Shown here: in pieces, positions 41,482 through 51,942 of the stretch
Layout of the letters: each line of letters begins with the position of its first letter
How positions within the stretch are numbered: position 1 is the stretch's first letter
Origin: a bacterium
Lineage (GTDB): Bacteria > Zhuqueibacterota > Zhuqueibacteria > Residuimicrobiales > Krinioviventaceae
Length of the DNA stretch: 64,000 nt
Reading direction: 5' to 3'
Assembly (NCBI GenBank): GCA_963674595.2
Contig: CAXXFV010000029.1
Span: 32,001 to 96,000 of the forward strand
Notes under the pieces: model-generated
Seen by the model: the letters and a program-made list of their open reading frames with translations, nothing else
What the model was told of the DNA's origin: nothing
Databases searched by the model: none
Position numbers and translations under genes: made by a program

Positions 41482-44280
41482 ATGAAAAATAATATAAATC
41501 AAAATCCGGAACAAATCGCCAGAGACAAAATAGACAAGATGCTCATTGATGCCGGGTGGATAGTACAATCCAAATCAAAAGTAAATTTATCAGCAAAAAA
41601 AGGTGTGGCGGTACGAGAATATTTGACAGACATTGGACCTGCTGATTATGTATTATTTGTTGACCGAAAGCCCGTAGGTGTTATTGAAGCAAAGCGGGAA
41701 GAAGAAGGTGTTCGCTTAACAGTCCATGAAGATCAGGCCGAGTCCTATGCTAAAAGCAAACTCAAACATTTAAACAACGATCCACTGCCATTTGTATACG
41801 AAAGCACCGGCACTTTAACACGCTTTACCAATCACAGAGATCCCAAGCCACGCTCACGGCCTGTTTTTAGTTTTCATCAACCTTCAACGTTGGAAGAATG
41901 GATTAAAAGGCCGGATACGCTGAGAAGCAGGCTTCAAAGAATGCCCGGCCTAATTGAAGACGGATTACGCCCGGCACAAAAGGAGGCCATTAAAAAACTT
42001 GAGGTTTCCTTTAAAGACAATCGTCCAAAAGCATTAATTCAAATGGCAACAGGTTCAGGTAAAACATTTACGGCCTGCACGTTTGTCTATCGATTATTAA
42101 AACATGCGGATGCAAAGCGGATTTTGTTTCTGGTTGACACCAAAAATCTTGGCGAACAGGCAGAACAGGAATTTCTTAAATATCTGCCCAATGATGACAA
42201 TCGAAAATTTACAGAACTGTACAATGTTCAGAGACTCTGTTCAAGCTATATCGCTTCCGACAGTCAGGTTTGCATCAGCACAATTCAACGGCTTTATTCC
42301 ATCCTTCAGGGCAAAGAGCTGGATGAAAAGCTTGAGCAGGAAAACCCGAATGAAAAATTCTGGCAGAAAAAGGAACCGATGCCGGTTGCATACAGTCCCA
42401 AAAACCCTGTAGAACAATTTGATTTTATTATTGTTGATGAATGCCACCGTTCCATTTATAATTTATGGAAACAGGTGCTGGAATATTATGATGCCTTTTT
42501 GATCGGGCTTACAGCAACCCCGGATAAACGAACGTTTGGATTCTTTGATGAAAACGTGGTCAGCGAATACACCTATGAAGACTCTGTTACGGATGGTGTG
42601 AATGTCCCTTATGATGTTTTTACCATTGAAACCAAAATCACAAAAAACGGCGCAAAGATTAAAGCCAAAGAATATGTGGACAAGAGAGAAAAACTGTCAC
42701 GCAGAAAACGTTGGGAACGGCTTGATGACGATTATGAATATACAGCGAAAAAATTGGATAACGATGTTGTCAATCCAAGCCAAATTAGAAACATAATCAA
42801 AGCGTTTAAAGATTGTTTGCCCACGATCTTTCCGGACCGGTTTGATGAAAATGGAGAGTTTGAAATCCCTAAATCATTGATATTTGCCAAAACAGACAGC
42901 CATGCGGATGATATCATCCAAATAGCCCGGGAAGAATTTGCCGAAGGCAATGATTTTTGTAAAAAAATAACCTATAAAATTGATGATGACCCCAAATCTA
43001 TCTTGAACCGGTTCCGCAATAGCTGGGCACCGCGAATTGCCGTAACAGTGGATATGATTGCCACCGGCACGGATGTAAAACCATTAGAAGTCCTGCTTTT
43101 TATGCGGGATGTAAAAAGTATCAACTATTTTGAGCAAATGAAAGGACGCGGTACAAGGACCATCAGTTTTGATGATTTGAAACGCGTCACCCGGACAGCC
43201 AAACATCAAAAAACACATTTTGTAATTATTGATGCCGTTGGTGTTGTCGAATCTAAAAAGACAGACAGCCGCCCGCTTGAGCGCAAGCGGTCTGTTCCTT
43301 TAAAAGATTTATTAGACGCTGTGGCAATCGGCGCACAGGATGAAGACCTGTTTTTATCACTTGCAAACCGGTTGATTCGCCTGGATAAACAGCTTACCAA
43401 AGATGAAAAAATAAAATTTATGGAAATGTCTGACGGCAAACAAATAAACCAGGTGGTAAAAGCGCTGTTAAACGCATACAATCCCGACATTATTGAATAT
43501 AAATCAAAAGAATTGATTAATAACAAACCAAAGCTGGACAGAACACCGGCTTTTGAAGATGCCTGCCGACAACAGGCGCAGGAAGAACTGGCAACACTGG
43601 CTGCCTCCGCCTTTAATGGTGAAATAAACGAGTATCTTGAAAATGTGCGCAAAGTTCATGAGCAGATTATTGATATGATAAATCAGGACAAGGTAACCAA
43701 AGCCGAATGGAACAGTTACACCAAAGACACAGCAAAAAAAGTGGTTAAAGACTTTGGTGAATATCTGCAAAAGCACAAAGATGAAATTAAGGCGCTCTCT
43801 ATTTTTTACAGCCAGCCCTATCAACTGCGGCAGCTTACTTTTAAAATGATTAAAGAGGTTTTGGAAAAACTGAAACTCGATAAACCGTTACTGGCGCCAA
43901 ATTATGTGTGGGATGCCTATGCACAGTTGGAAGCAGTAAAAGGAAACAGCCCCAAAAATGAACTGGCGGCATTGGTTTCTCTTATTCGCCGGGTAACAGG
44001 TCTGGATGAAACATTAACATCATACGACAGCACGGTAAACAGAAATTTTCAAACCTGGGTATTTAAAAAGCATTCTGGTGCAGGGGATAAATTCACAGAA
44101 GAACAGATGGAATGGCTGCGAATGTTAAAAGACCATATTGCCACCAGTTTTCATATTGAAGTGGATGATCTGGATTATACGCCATTTGATGCACAGGGCG
44201 GCAGGGGCAAAATGTACCAGTTGTTTGGAGATGATATGAATATTATAATTGATGAACTGAATGAGGCATTGGCGGCGTAG
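41482..44280 (+). CDS. hsdR: type I restriction enzyme R subunit
   Basis: ADYVLF..VIEAK, MATGSGKT, DECHRS, LTATP, QMKGRGTR. Confidence 0.95.
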   Translation: MKNNINQNPEQIARDKIDKMLIDAGWIVQSKSKVNLSAKKGVAVREYLTDIGPADYVLFVDRKPVGVIEAKREEEGVRLTVHEDQAESYAKSKLKHLNNDPLPFVYESTGTLTRFTNHRDPKPRSRPVFSFHQPSTLEEWIKRPDTLRSRLQRMPGLIEDGLRPAQKEAIKKLEVSFKDNRPKALIQMATGSGKTFTACTFVYRLLKHADAKRILFLVDTKNLGEQAEQEFLKYLPNDDNRKFTELYNVQRLCSSYIASDSQVCISTIQRLYSILQGKELDEKLEQENPNEKFWQKKEPMPVAYSPKNPVEQFDFIIVDECHRSIYNLWKQVLEYYDAFLIGLTATPDKRTFGFFDENVVSEYTYEDSVTDGVNVPYDVFTIETKITKNGAKIKAKEYVDKREKLSRRKRWERLDDDYEYTAKKLDNDVVNPSQIRNIIKAFKDCLPTIFPDRFDENGEFEIPKSLIFAKTDSHADDIIQIAREEFAEGNDFCKKITYKIDDDPKSILNRFRNSWAPRIAVTVDMIATGTDVKPLEVLLFMRDVKSINYFEQMKGRGTRTISFDDLKRVTRTAKHQKTHFVIIDAVGVVESKKTDSRPLERKRSVPLKDLLDAVAIGAQDEDLFLSLANRLIRLDKQLTKDEKIKFMEMSDGKQINQVVKALLNAYNPDIIEYKSKELINNKPKLDRTPAFEDACRQQAQEELATLAASAFNGEINEYLENVRKVHEQIIDMINQDKVTKAEWNSYTKDTAKKVVKDFGEYLQKHKDEIKALSIFYSQPYQLRQLTFKMIKEVLEKLKLDKPLLAPNYVWDAYAQLEAVKGNSPKNELAALVSLIRRVTGLDETLTSYDSTVNRNFQTWVFKKHSGAGDKFTEEQMEWLRMLKDHIATSFHIEVDDLDYTPFDAQGGRGKMYQLFGDDMNIIIDELNEALAA

Positions 44281-45546
44281 ATGAGAGAAGATTGGATTGA
44301 AGCAGAATTAGGGGAAATTTGTAATATAAATATGGGGCAGTCTCCTCCATCAACAACATATAATGATAGGGGTGATGGACTTCCATTTTTTCAAGGAAAA
44401 GCTGAATTTACTTTACTTCACCCAAAAGTTAAAAAATGGTGCAATAAACCAAAGAAGATTGCTGAAGTTGAAGATATTCTTTTATCTGTTAGAGCGCCTG
44501 TTGGAGCGACTAATATAGCAAATGTGAAATGCGCAATTGGTCGGGGATTAGCCGCGATATCATATAAGCCCTGTATGCTTTTTGTTCTCTACTTTTTAAA
44601 ATTGATAGAAAAAAAATTAGATGAACAAGGTACAGGAACAACTTTTAGAGCAATATCGGGTGCTATACTTAAATCCCAAAAAATTCCTCTGCCCCCTCTC
44701 CCTGAACAACGCGCCATCGTCGCCAAAATAGAAGAATTATTTAGTGAGTTAGACAACGGCATTGCCAACCTGAAAGCGGCCAAAGACAAACTGGAAATCT
44801 ACCGCCAGGCTGTTTTAAAAAAAGCGTTTGAAGGAGAATTGACAAATACAAAAAATATTGAATGGATTACTCTCGGTGAAGTTTGCGATAATGTAGAATA
44901 TGGGACTTCTTCTAAATCAGATAAGGAAGGACAAGTTCCTGTATTACGAATGGGTAATATTCAAAACGGTAAGTTTGATTGGCAAGATTTGGTTTTTACA
45001 AGTGATAAAGAAGAAATTAAAAAATATAAATTACACAAGGATGATGTTTTATTCAACAGAACAAATAGTCCTGAATGGGTCGGAAAAACAGCAATATATA
45101 AAGGTGAAAGGCCAGCAATCTTTGCTGGCTACTTGATTAGAGTTAATTATAAGAAAGATTTAATTGATGGTGATTACCTAAACTATTATTTGAATTCACA
45201 TACAGCTAAAAAATGGGGTAATAAAGTAAAAAGTTTTGGAGTCAATCAAGCAAATATCAATGGTACTAAATTAAAAAAATATCCATTTCCACAGACATCT
45301 TTACAAGATCAAAAAGAAATTGTCATTGAAATCGAAACCCGTCTCTCTGTCTGCGACAATATCCAAAAAAGCATTGATGAAAATTTACAAAAAGCTAAAG
45401 CCCTGCGCCAAAGCATATTAAAAAAAGCATTTGAAGGCAGGTTGCTGAATGAAGAGGAATTAAAAGCCTGCCGCCTGGAACCGGACTGGGAACCGGCAGA
45501 AGAACTGTTGAAACGAATTAAAGATGAAAAGAAAGCCAAAGCATGA
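44281..45546 (+). CDS. hsdS: type I RM specificity subunit
   Basis: Two TRDs; PLPPLPEQRAIV; LRQSILKKAFEG. Confidence 0.95.
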   Translation: MREDWIEAELGEICNINMGQSPPSTTYNDRGDGLPFFQGKAEFTLLHPKVKKWCNKPKKIAEVEDILLSVRAPVGATNIANVKCAIGRGLAAISYKPCMLFVLYFLKLIEKKLDEQGTGTTFRAISGAILKSQKIPLPPLPEQRAIVAKIEELFSELDNGIANLKAAKDKLEIYRQAVLKKAFEGELTNTKNIEWITLGEVCDNVEYGTSSKSDKEGQVPVLRMGNIQNGKFDWQDLVFTSDKEEIKKYKLHKDDVLFNRTNSPEWVGKTAIYKGERPAIFAGYLIRVNYKKDLIDGDYLNYYLNSHTAKKWGNKVKSFGVNQANINGTKLKKYPFPQTSLQDQKEIVIEIETRLSVCDNIQKSIDENLQKAKALRQSILKKAFEGRLLNEEELKACRLEPDWEPAEELLKRIKDEKKAKA

Positions 45547-47030
45547 GTAACGAATCGAGTATTATATCAAAAGTGTGGAGTTTTGCCCACGTATTGAGAG
45601 ATGATGGTGTGGGGTATGGAGATTATCTGGAACAGATTACCTATTTACTGTTCCTAAAAATGATCGACGAATTTGCCAAACCGCCCTATAACAGAAAAAT
45701 TGCCGTGCCTGAAGGATATGGCTGGGAAAGCCTGAGAAATAAAAAAGGGGCAGAACTAGAACTTCACTATACAACCATGCTCCGAACACTGGCAAAAACC
45801 AAAGGCATTTTGGGACAGATTTTCACAAAGTCACAAAACAAAATTCAAGATCCTGCCAAACTTTATCGCATCATCGATATGGTGGATAAAGAAAAATGGA
45901 GCATGCTGGGAACCGACCTGAAAGGAAAAATTTATGAAGATTTGCTGGAAAAAACCGCCGAAGATACCAAAAGCGGCGCCGGCCAATATTTTACCCCCAG
46001 GCCCCTCATTAAAGCCATGATCGAGTGTGTGCGTCCCGAACCAAACAGAACAATATGTGATCCGGCATGTGGAACAGGCGGGTTCTTTCTGGCCAGTTTT
46101 GATTTTATTGATAAACACCATCCGTTAAATATCGATCAAAAGAAATTCCTGAAAAACGAAACGTTTTACGGCAACGAAATTGTTGCCAACACCCGCCGAT
46201 TGTGCCTGATGAACATGTTCCTGCATAACATCGGTGAACTGGATGGCGGCACCTTTATTTCTTCCACGGATGCTCTTGTTGCGGATGAAGGAAACAGATA
46301 CGACTATGTGCTGACAAATCCCCCATTTGGTAAAAAAAGCAGTATGACCATTACCAATGAAGAAGGCTTGCAGGAAAAACAAGACCTCACATACAATCGT
46401 CAGGATTTTTGGAAAACAACGTCCAACAAGCAGCTTAATTTTTTACAACACATCAAAACATTATTAAAAACCACCGGCGAGGCAGCCGTTGTTCTGCCTG
46501 ATAATGTATTATTTGAAGGCGGTGCCGGTGAAACAATCCGTAAAGAGCTGATGAAAACAACCGATTTGCACACCATATTAAGGCTGCCTACAGGTATATT
46601 CTATGCTCAGGGCGTTAAAGCAAACGTGCTGTTTTTCGATAACAAGGCCGCTTCAAAACATCCCTGGACTAAAGAGGTTTGGGTGTATGACTACCGGACC
46701 AACATCCATCACACCCTCAAGAAAAAACCACTAAATCTGGAAGACCTGAGAGATTTCATTACACTTTATAATCCGTCCAATCGAAACAACAGAACCGAAA
46801 CCTGGTCTGAAGAAAATCCCGAAGGCAGATGGCGTAAATTTACGTATGAAGAAATCATCGCCAGAGATAAAACCAATCTGGACATCTTTTGGCTCAAAGA
46901 TAAAAGTCTGGCAGACCTGGATAACCTCCCTGATCCGGACGTCCTCGCAAGCGAAATTATTGACGATATAGAAGCCGGTTTGGAGAATTTTAAATCGATC
47001 ATGGAGACGCTTAACGGAGAGCGGGTTTAG
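45543..47030 (+). CDS. hsdM: type I RM methyltransferase
   Basis: GQYFTPR, DPACGTGGF, NPPFG. Confidence 0.95.
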   Translation: MSNESSIISKVWSFAHVLRDDGVGYGDYLEQITYLLFLKMIDEFAKPPYNRKIAVPEGYGWESLRNKKGAELELHYTTMLRTLAKTKGILGQIFTKSQNKIQDPAKLYRIIDMVDKEKWSMLGTDLKGKIYEDLLEKTAEDTKSGAGQYFTPRPLIKAMIECVRPEPNRTICDPACGTGGFFLASFDFIDKHHPLNIDQKKFLKNETFYGNEIVANTRRLCLMNMFLHNIGELDGGTFISSTDALVADEGNRYDYVLTNPPFGKKSSMTITNEEGLQEKQDLTYNRQDFWKTTSNKQLNFLQHIKTLLKTTGEAAVVLPDNVLFEGGAGETIRKELMKTTDLHTILRLPTGIFYAQGVKANVLFFDNKAASKHPWTKEVWVYDYRTNIHHTLKKKPLNLEDLRDFITLYNPSNRNNRTETWSEENPEGRWRKFTYEEIIARDKTNLDIFWLKDKSLADLDNLPDPDVLASEIIDDIEAGLENFKSIMETLNGERV

Positions 47031-47184
47031 CCGCAGGTTGCGCTTCTACCGCACCATTATGTAAAAAACAAATTCAAAGCCGTGTCACCCTGATCGGCCT
47101 TTCGACTCCGCTCAAGGACCAAGTCGAAGGATGACCGGAAAACAGGTTTTTAACAAGATCGTAACTCTAACCGGAGCCATTAAC

Positions 47185-48681
47185 ATGGAATTTAACAGAC
47201 GCAATTTTATCAAAACGGTCGGTATGGGCGCCCTGTCATCAGGATTAGCAGGATTTCTGCAGTCGTGCGCTAAACAATCGTCCCCGCCCAATGTGATATT
47301 CATCCTGTCCGATGACCTCGGCTATGGCGACTTGGGCTGCTATGGGGCCACACATTTTGAAACACCCGCCTGCGACCGTCTTGCCAATGAGGGCATGCGC
47401 TTTACGGACGCCCATTCAGCCTCTGCCGTTTGCAGTCCCACCCGTTACTCTGTGCTGACCGGGCGTTATAGCTGGCGCAGTTGGCTTAAAAACTGGGTGC
47501 TTATGGAAAACCATCCCCTGTTGATTGATACGGACCGGCTCACCATGGGTAAAATGTTCCAAAAGGCCGGTTACACAACCGGATGTATCGGTAAATGGCA
47601 CCTGGGCTGGGGCACGGACCTGAATACCGATTTCAGCGGCGAGGTCAGTCCCGGACCATTAGAAGTGGGATTTGACTCGTTTTATGGTGTTCCATTCAGC
47701 CACAACAGTTCCAAACCGCTGCAGGTATTTATACGCGACCGGCATATCGAGAACCTGAAAAACGGACTCAAGTATAACAGCGAAGAGGCCATGAAAGATA
47801 CGGTCCGCGAGCTGGAGGACACGGCCATTGATCTTTCCAAAGAGGCTGTTGCATTTGTAGAGCGGAACAAAGACAAACCGTTCTTTCTCTATTATCCCAC
47901 CACCAACATACACTTTCCCCTGACGCCCAACAGCCGTTTCAAGGGCGCTTCAAACGCCGGCGTTTACGGTGACTTTGTCGTCGAGTTTGACTGGGCGGTG
48001 GGTCAGCTTCTCGATGCACTGGACCGCAACAACCTCACCGACAATACAATAGTCGTGCTCACCAGTGACAACGGCGGACGGCCCGACCCGGACATGCACG
48101 GCCACAAATGTAACGGGCCCTGGCGCGGCACCAAAAGGCAGATATACGAAGGCGGCCACCGGATACCCCTGATTGTGCGCTGGCCGGGTAAAGTTGAAAA
48201 AGGCTCCACCTCTAACGAGACGGTCTGTCTCACAGATTTTTTTGCCACTTTTGCCAATTTGCTTGACCAGCAGCTTCCTGAAAATGCCGGTGAAGACAGT
48301 TATGACCTGACGAACCTGTTGCAGGGCAAACGTTATGAACAGCCGCTGCGTGAGGCCACGGTTCATCACTCTGTGTCCGGGCAATTCGCCATACGCAAAG
48401 GCGACTGGAAACTGATAGAAGGCAGCGGCAACGGTGATTTTCCCAGGGATGCGGAAAACCACATCGATATAAAAGTGAGGAATCCCGAAAAGGACCCGGA
48501 AACCGGTAAATGGAGCAAAATGGATTACTTTTTGTTAAAGCCCGACGGAGAATTCCAGCTTTATGACCTGAAAAATGATCCTGCGGAGGAACACAATCTC
48601 GCTGAAAAGCGCCCCGACAAAGTTAAGGAATTATATGCCCTGTTGAACCATTACCGTTCAGGTAAAAGATCAGCGTCATAA
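47185..48681 (+). CDS. arylsulfatase-family sulfatase with Tat signal
   Basis: NRRNFIK, DDLGYGD, CSPTR, GKWHLG, SDNG; ATG 47185 preferred. Confidence 0.92.
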   Translation: MEFNRRNFIKTVGMGALSSGLAGFLQSCAKQSSPPNVIFILSDDLGYGDLGCYGATHFETPACDRLANEGMRFTDAHSASAVCSPTRYSVLTGRYSWRSWLKNWVLMENHPLLIDTDRLTMGKMFQKAGYTTGCIGKWHLGWGTDLNTDFSGEVSPGPLEVGFDSFYGVPFSHNSSKPLQVFIRDRHIENLKNGLKYNSEEAMKDTVRELEDTAIDLSKEAVAFVERNKDKPFFLYYPTTNIHFPLTPNSRFKGASNAGVYGDFVVEFDWAVGQLLDALDRNNLTDNTIVVLTSDNGGRPDPDMHGHKCNGPWRGTKRQIYEGGHRIPLIVRWPGKVEKGSTSNETVCLTDFFATFANLLDQQLPENAGEDSYDLTNLLQGKRYEQPLREATVHHSVSGQFAIRKGDWKLIEGSGNGDFPRDAENHIDIKVRNPEKDPETGKWSKMDYFLLKPDGEFQLYDLKNDPAEEHNLAEKRPDKVKELYALLNHYRSGKRSAS

Positions 48682-48738
48682 AAGGGCCAAGCCCTTTCGG
48701 TAATCCGTATAAGGGTAGAGAACATTTGGACGATCAAA

Positions 48739-49236
48739 ATGAATCTAATAAATAGGGAGGATAATTACATTTTGAAAAGACAAAAACATACAATAGGCGC
48801 TATTGTAAAAATAAAAATTGACCATGAGTTTCAGACTTATGCCAGGATTCTCAATAATGCAAGTTATGCATTTTACGATTGTCGAACAAAAAATGATATT
48901 AAAGACTTAAATTTAATAGCATCAAAACCTATTTTATTTATTTTATCAGTTTATAAAAGCGCAATTACAAAAGGAAGGTGGTTAAAAATTGGTACTCTTC
49001 CTTTAGAAGAAAAATTAAAAAGCCTTCCTTTGACATTTATTCAAGATGACTTGAATCCAAATATTTTTCAAATATACGATCCTAATACAGGTGAATTTAG
49101 AAAAGCTTTAAAAGAAGAGTGTTTGGACTTGGAATGTGCATCTGTATGGGAAGCTGAACATGTAGAAGAACGTTTAAGAGATCATTACGATGGGAAACCA
49201 AATGTGTGGGTAGAACAATTAAGAATAAAATTGTAG
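48739..49236 (+). CDS. Imm26-like polymorphic-toxin immunity protein
   Basis: G.IVKI, W..IG.LPL, C..LECASVW...HVEERLRDHY.G. Confidence 0.72.
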   Translation: MNLINREDNYILKRQKHTIGAIVKIKIDHEFQTYARILNNASYAFYDCRTKNDIKDLNLIASKPILFILSVYKSAITKGRWLKIGTLPLEEKLKSLPLTFIQDDLNPNIFQIYDPNTGEFRKALKEECLDLECASVWEAEHVEERLRDHYDGKPNVWVEQLRIKL

Positions 49237-49465
49237 AATGGGCCATTTAAGCCCATCATTTAACCGATACTTAAATTTGTAATTATTTGTATAAATATTT
49301 TCCCTACGGTTATCTTTTTGCCGGGTTCCACAAAAGAATCCGACCTACAACTTGGAAGATCAAGGGATGAAATCCCGAATTCATTGGTTCCGCAGGGGAT
49401 TGCATATCCCCTGCGAGCGGAGAATTGCCCAAATGTAAAAGAATGGAAAGTAAAGGTTTAAGCTT

Positions 49466-49975
49466 TTGGATAAATATAATAGAAAATTAAATGAGAGTCT
49501 TTTTCTAGCTGAATTTTACAATCATATCAAACTATTTGGATTCAAAAAAACTGGTAAAACGTTTTGGAAAAATAAAAACGATATAAAATTTTTAATTAAT
49601 TTTCAAAAATCTCAATGGGATACTTTATTTTATATAAATATCGGTTTTTACTTTGAATCACTAAAACCTTTAGAAAAAAAAGTACCCAAAGATTACGAAT
49701 GGCATTTTTGTAACAGGATTAATTCATTAATAGAAATGCCTAAAGTTAGTCTTGAAAAATTAACTAATTACAATCTCCCAGAAGAAAAAATCGTAATATC
49801 CGTGAATGAACTATTTAGCTATTTTAAAAATGACATTATTCCATTAATGGATAAAATTGGTAATTATTCCTATTTAAAAAATAATTTTAGTGATTCTGCA
49901 ACATTTAAAGGATTTATAATTCAAAATTTAAAATCATCGGATTTTCTTAATTTTTTTCAAAAAAATTCTAATTGA
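49466..49975 (-). CDS. DUF4304-like protein
   Basis: GFKK.G.TFW, INFQKSQW..FYINIG. Confidence 0.7.
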
Positions 49976-50562
49976 TAAATTTTTTATCGCCCAAAAATTC
50001 TGCCACATCTGGAACTTCCCTGGGCGCAAATCAGGCGGGGTATTTACCGGGATAAACCCAAGGTTTAATAATATAAGCATTAATATAGGCCCGTTATTTG
50101 AGAACAGATCAGGGCAGATGCCCTGGTTTATTTAAAGGGCAAAGCCCTTTCGTTAACCCGTCCAGGGGTAGAGAACCCCTGGACGATCAAACAATCAGCA
50201 GCAGGGGCCTTTCGACTTCGCTCAAGGACCGCAAATTACCCAACCTTGAAGCGGACGCTGAGCGGAGTCGAAGCGGGAGCAGAGTAACCATGTCATCCTG
50301 AGCGGAGTTAAAGGGTGGGCGTGGGGTAACACCAAATGGTTTTGCAGCTTTAAATTAAACATCAAATTCATTCAATAATAATGTTATGAGTAAGAAAATA
50401 TCTTGTAAAGAAGATAAAAAAGTATTATCTATTGTTATTATATATAGGTCTAACCAAGGTTGATGGATTTGAACAATAGAACATATACAATCGTTAGGCA
50501 GCACCTGATAATGGAGGTTCAGTATATTACATTTTTGATGTGATTTTCTGTATATTAATTGC

Positions 50563-51546
50563 ATGAACATGATTGACAAAAAAATTAAAGAGTTTCAAAT
50601 TTGGTACAAAAATGAATTACCTCATCATGAAGAGGCGATAAGCTTTTTTTCTAACCTGATTATCGAAATTCCAAAAGTAGAATCTGTCAGTAGCAGGGTT
50701 AAAACTTTGGATGAATGTATTAATAAATTCAAACGAAAATATTTATCCTCTTTAGAACAGGAAAACAAAGAATATAAAATTAATAATTACATTACCGATT
50801 TAATAGGAATACGTGCAATCTGTTTATATTCTGAAGATGTCTATAAAATAAGGCAAAAACTGAAAAAATATTTTCAAGAAGTTGAAATAACAGATAAATC
50901 AGGCCAATTAGAAAAAACCGATGATAAATTCGGTTATAAAGGGGTGCACCTGCAATTGGCCCTGAAGAATCGATTAAAGGGGATTCCGGATCAGGCAAAA
51001 TTCAAAAAAATTACATTTGAGCTTCAAATTCATACGATTATACAGGATGCATGGAGTATACTGGATCACAAAATAAAATACAAAAAAAGTATACCTCAAA
51101 ATCTTAAGCGAAGAATTAACCGTTTATCAGCTCTATTTGAAATTGCTGATGATGAGTTTTTAAGCATCCAGAAAGAAATTTCCCTGGAAGAACTAAAAAT
51201 TAATAAAAGGCTCCAAAGGGGCGGAAAAATTGAACGAACAAAAGCCCTTGATGTATTCCGGTTTTTGTTCATTTCATTGAAATATTTCCCTGATTACTAC
51301 TTTGTAGAGTCTAAAATTGATGGATTTGTTCAAGAAATTTTAACGCTCAATAGCAACTTTACAGAAGGAGAATTAAATGAAGCATTAAAATTGCATCTCT
51401 CTTTTGTAAATAAAATAGAAATAAAAATAAAACAAAATTTGAATCCATATACAAAAATCCGATACTGTTTATACAAGTTCGATTTTAAAAACTTTGAATC
51501 ATTATTGTCTAAACATCAGCAGGGCATAATAAATAGTTACACTTAG
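50563..51546 (+). CDS. RelA/SpoT-domain small alarmone synthetase-like protein
   Basis: SRVK, TDLIGIR, GYKGVH, ELQIHT..QDAW..DH.IKYK. Confidence 0.88.
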   Translation: MNMIDKKIKEFQIWYKNELPHHEEAISFFSNLIIEIPKVESVSSRVKTLDECINKFKRKYLSSLEQENKEYKINNYITDLIGIRAICLYSEDVYKIRQKLKKYFQEVEITDKSGQLEKTDDKFGYKGVHLQLALKNRLKGIPDQAKFKKITFELQIHTIIQDAWSILDHKIKYKKSIPQNLKRRINRLSALFEIADDEFLSIQKEISLEELKINKRLQRGGKIERTKALDVFRFLFISLKYFPDYYFVESKIDGFVQEILTLNSNFTEGELNEALKLHLSFVNKIEIKIKQNLNPYTKIRYCLYKFDFKNFESLLSKHQQGIINSYT

Positions 51547-51942
51547 TGGGTGGGTTAAATAATAATTACTATTTCCAAATCGATGTATAATAATAGATGT
51601 GATGCAGTAAATTCAATAGTGCGGACAGGAAGCTTGAACGTTGCGTATTCTATACGCCAGGTTACAAGTTGCAGGCCGGCATACAATTTTAAACCATGTC
51701 ATTTTTATATTTAAAGCGGACCCTGAGCGGCCTTTCGACTTCGCTCAAGGACCGAGCCGAAGCGGGAGCATGAATGACAGGTTTCGAACCTTCTGCGATC
51801 TCTCCGCCTTTGCGTTAAAAGCAATTTTTAAAAAAAACCACCATCACCCCGGGTAAACCGTCATTTTCCTTTAAATTCAATAAAAATGAGTCAATCCGTT
51901 GCAGAATAATATATAATTCTATATATTATTACAACGAGTTGA

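Noticed and set aside
44281-45546. Phase-variable hsdS shufflon
   Set aside because: Single hsdS, with no silent TRD copies or recombinase nearby.
50448-50499. GTCTAAC...GTTAGGC pair resembling an attC before the alarmone synthetase
   Set aside because: Only 52 bp with almost no internal pairing; at best a degenerate remnant.
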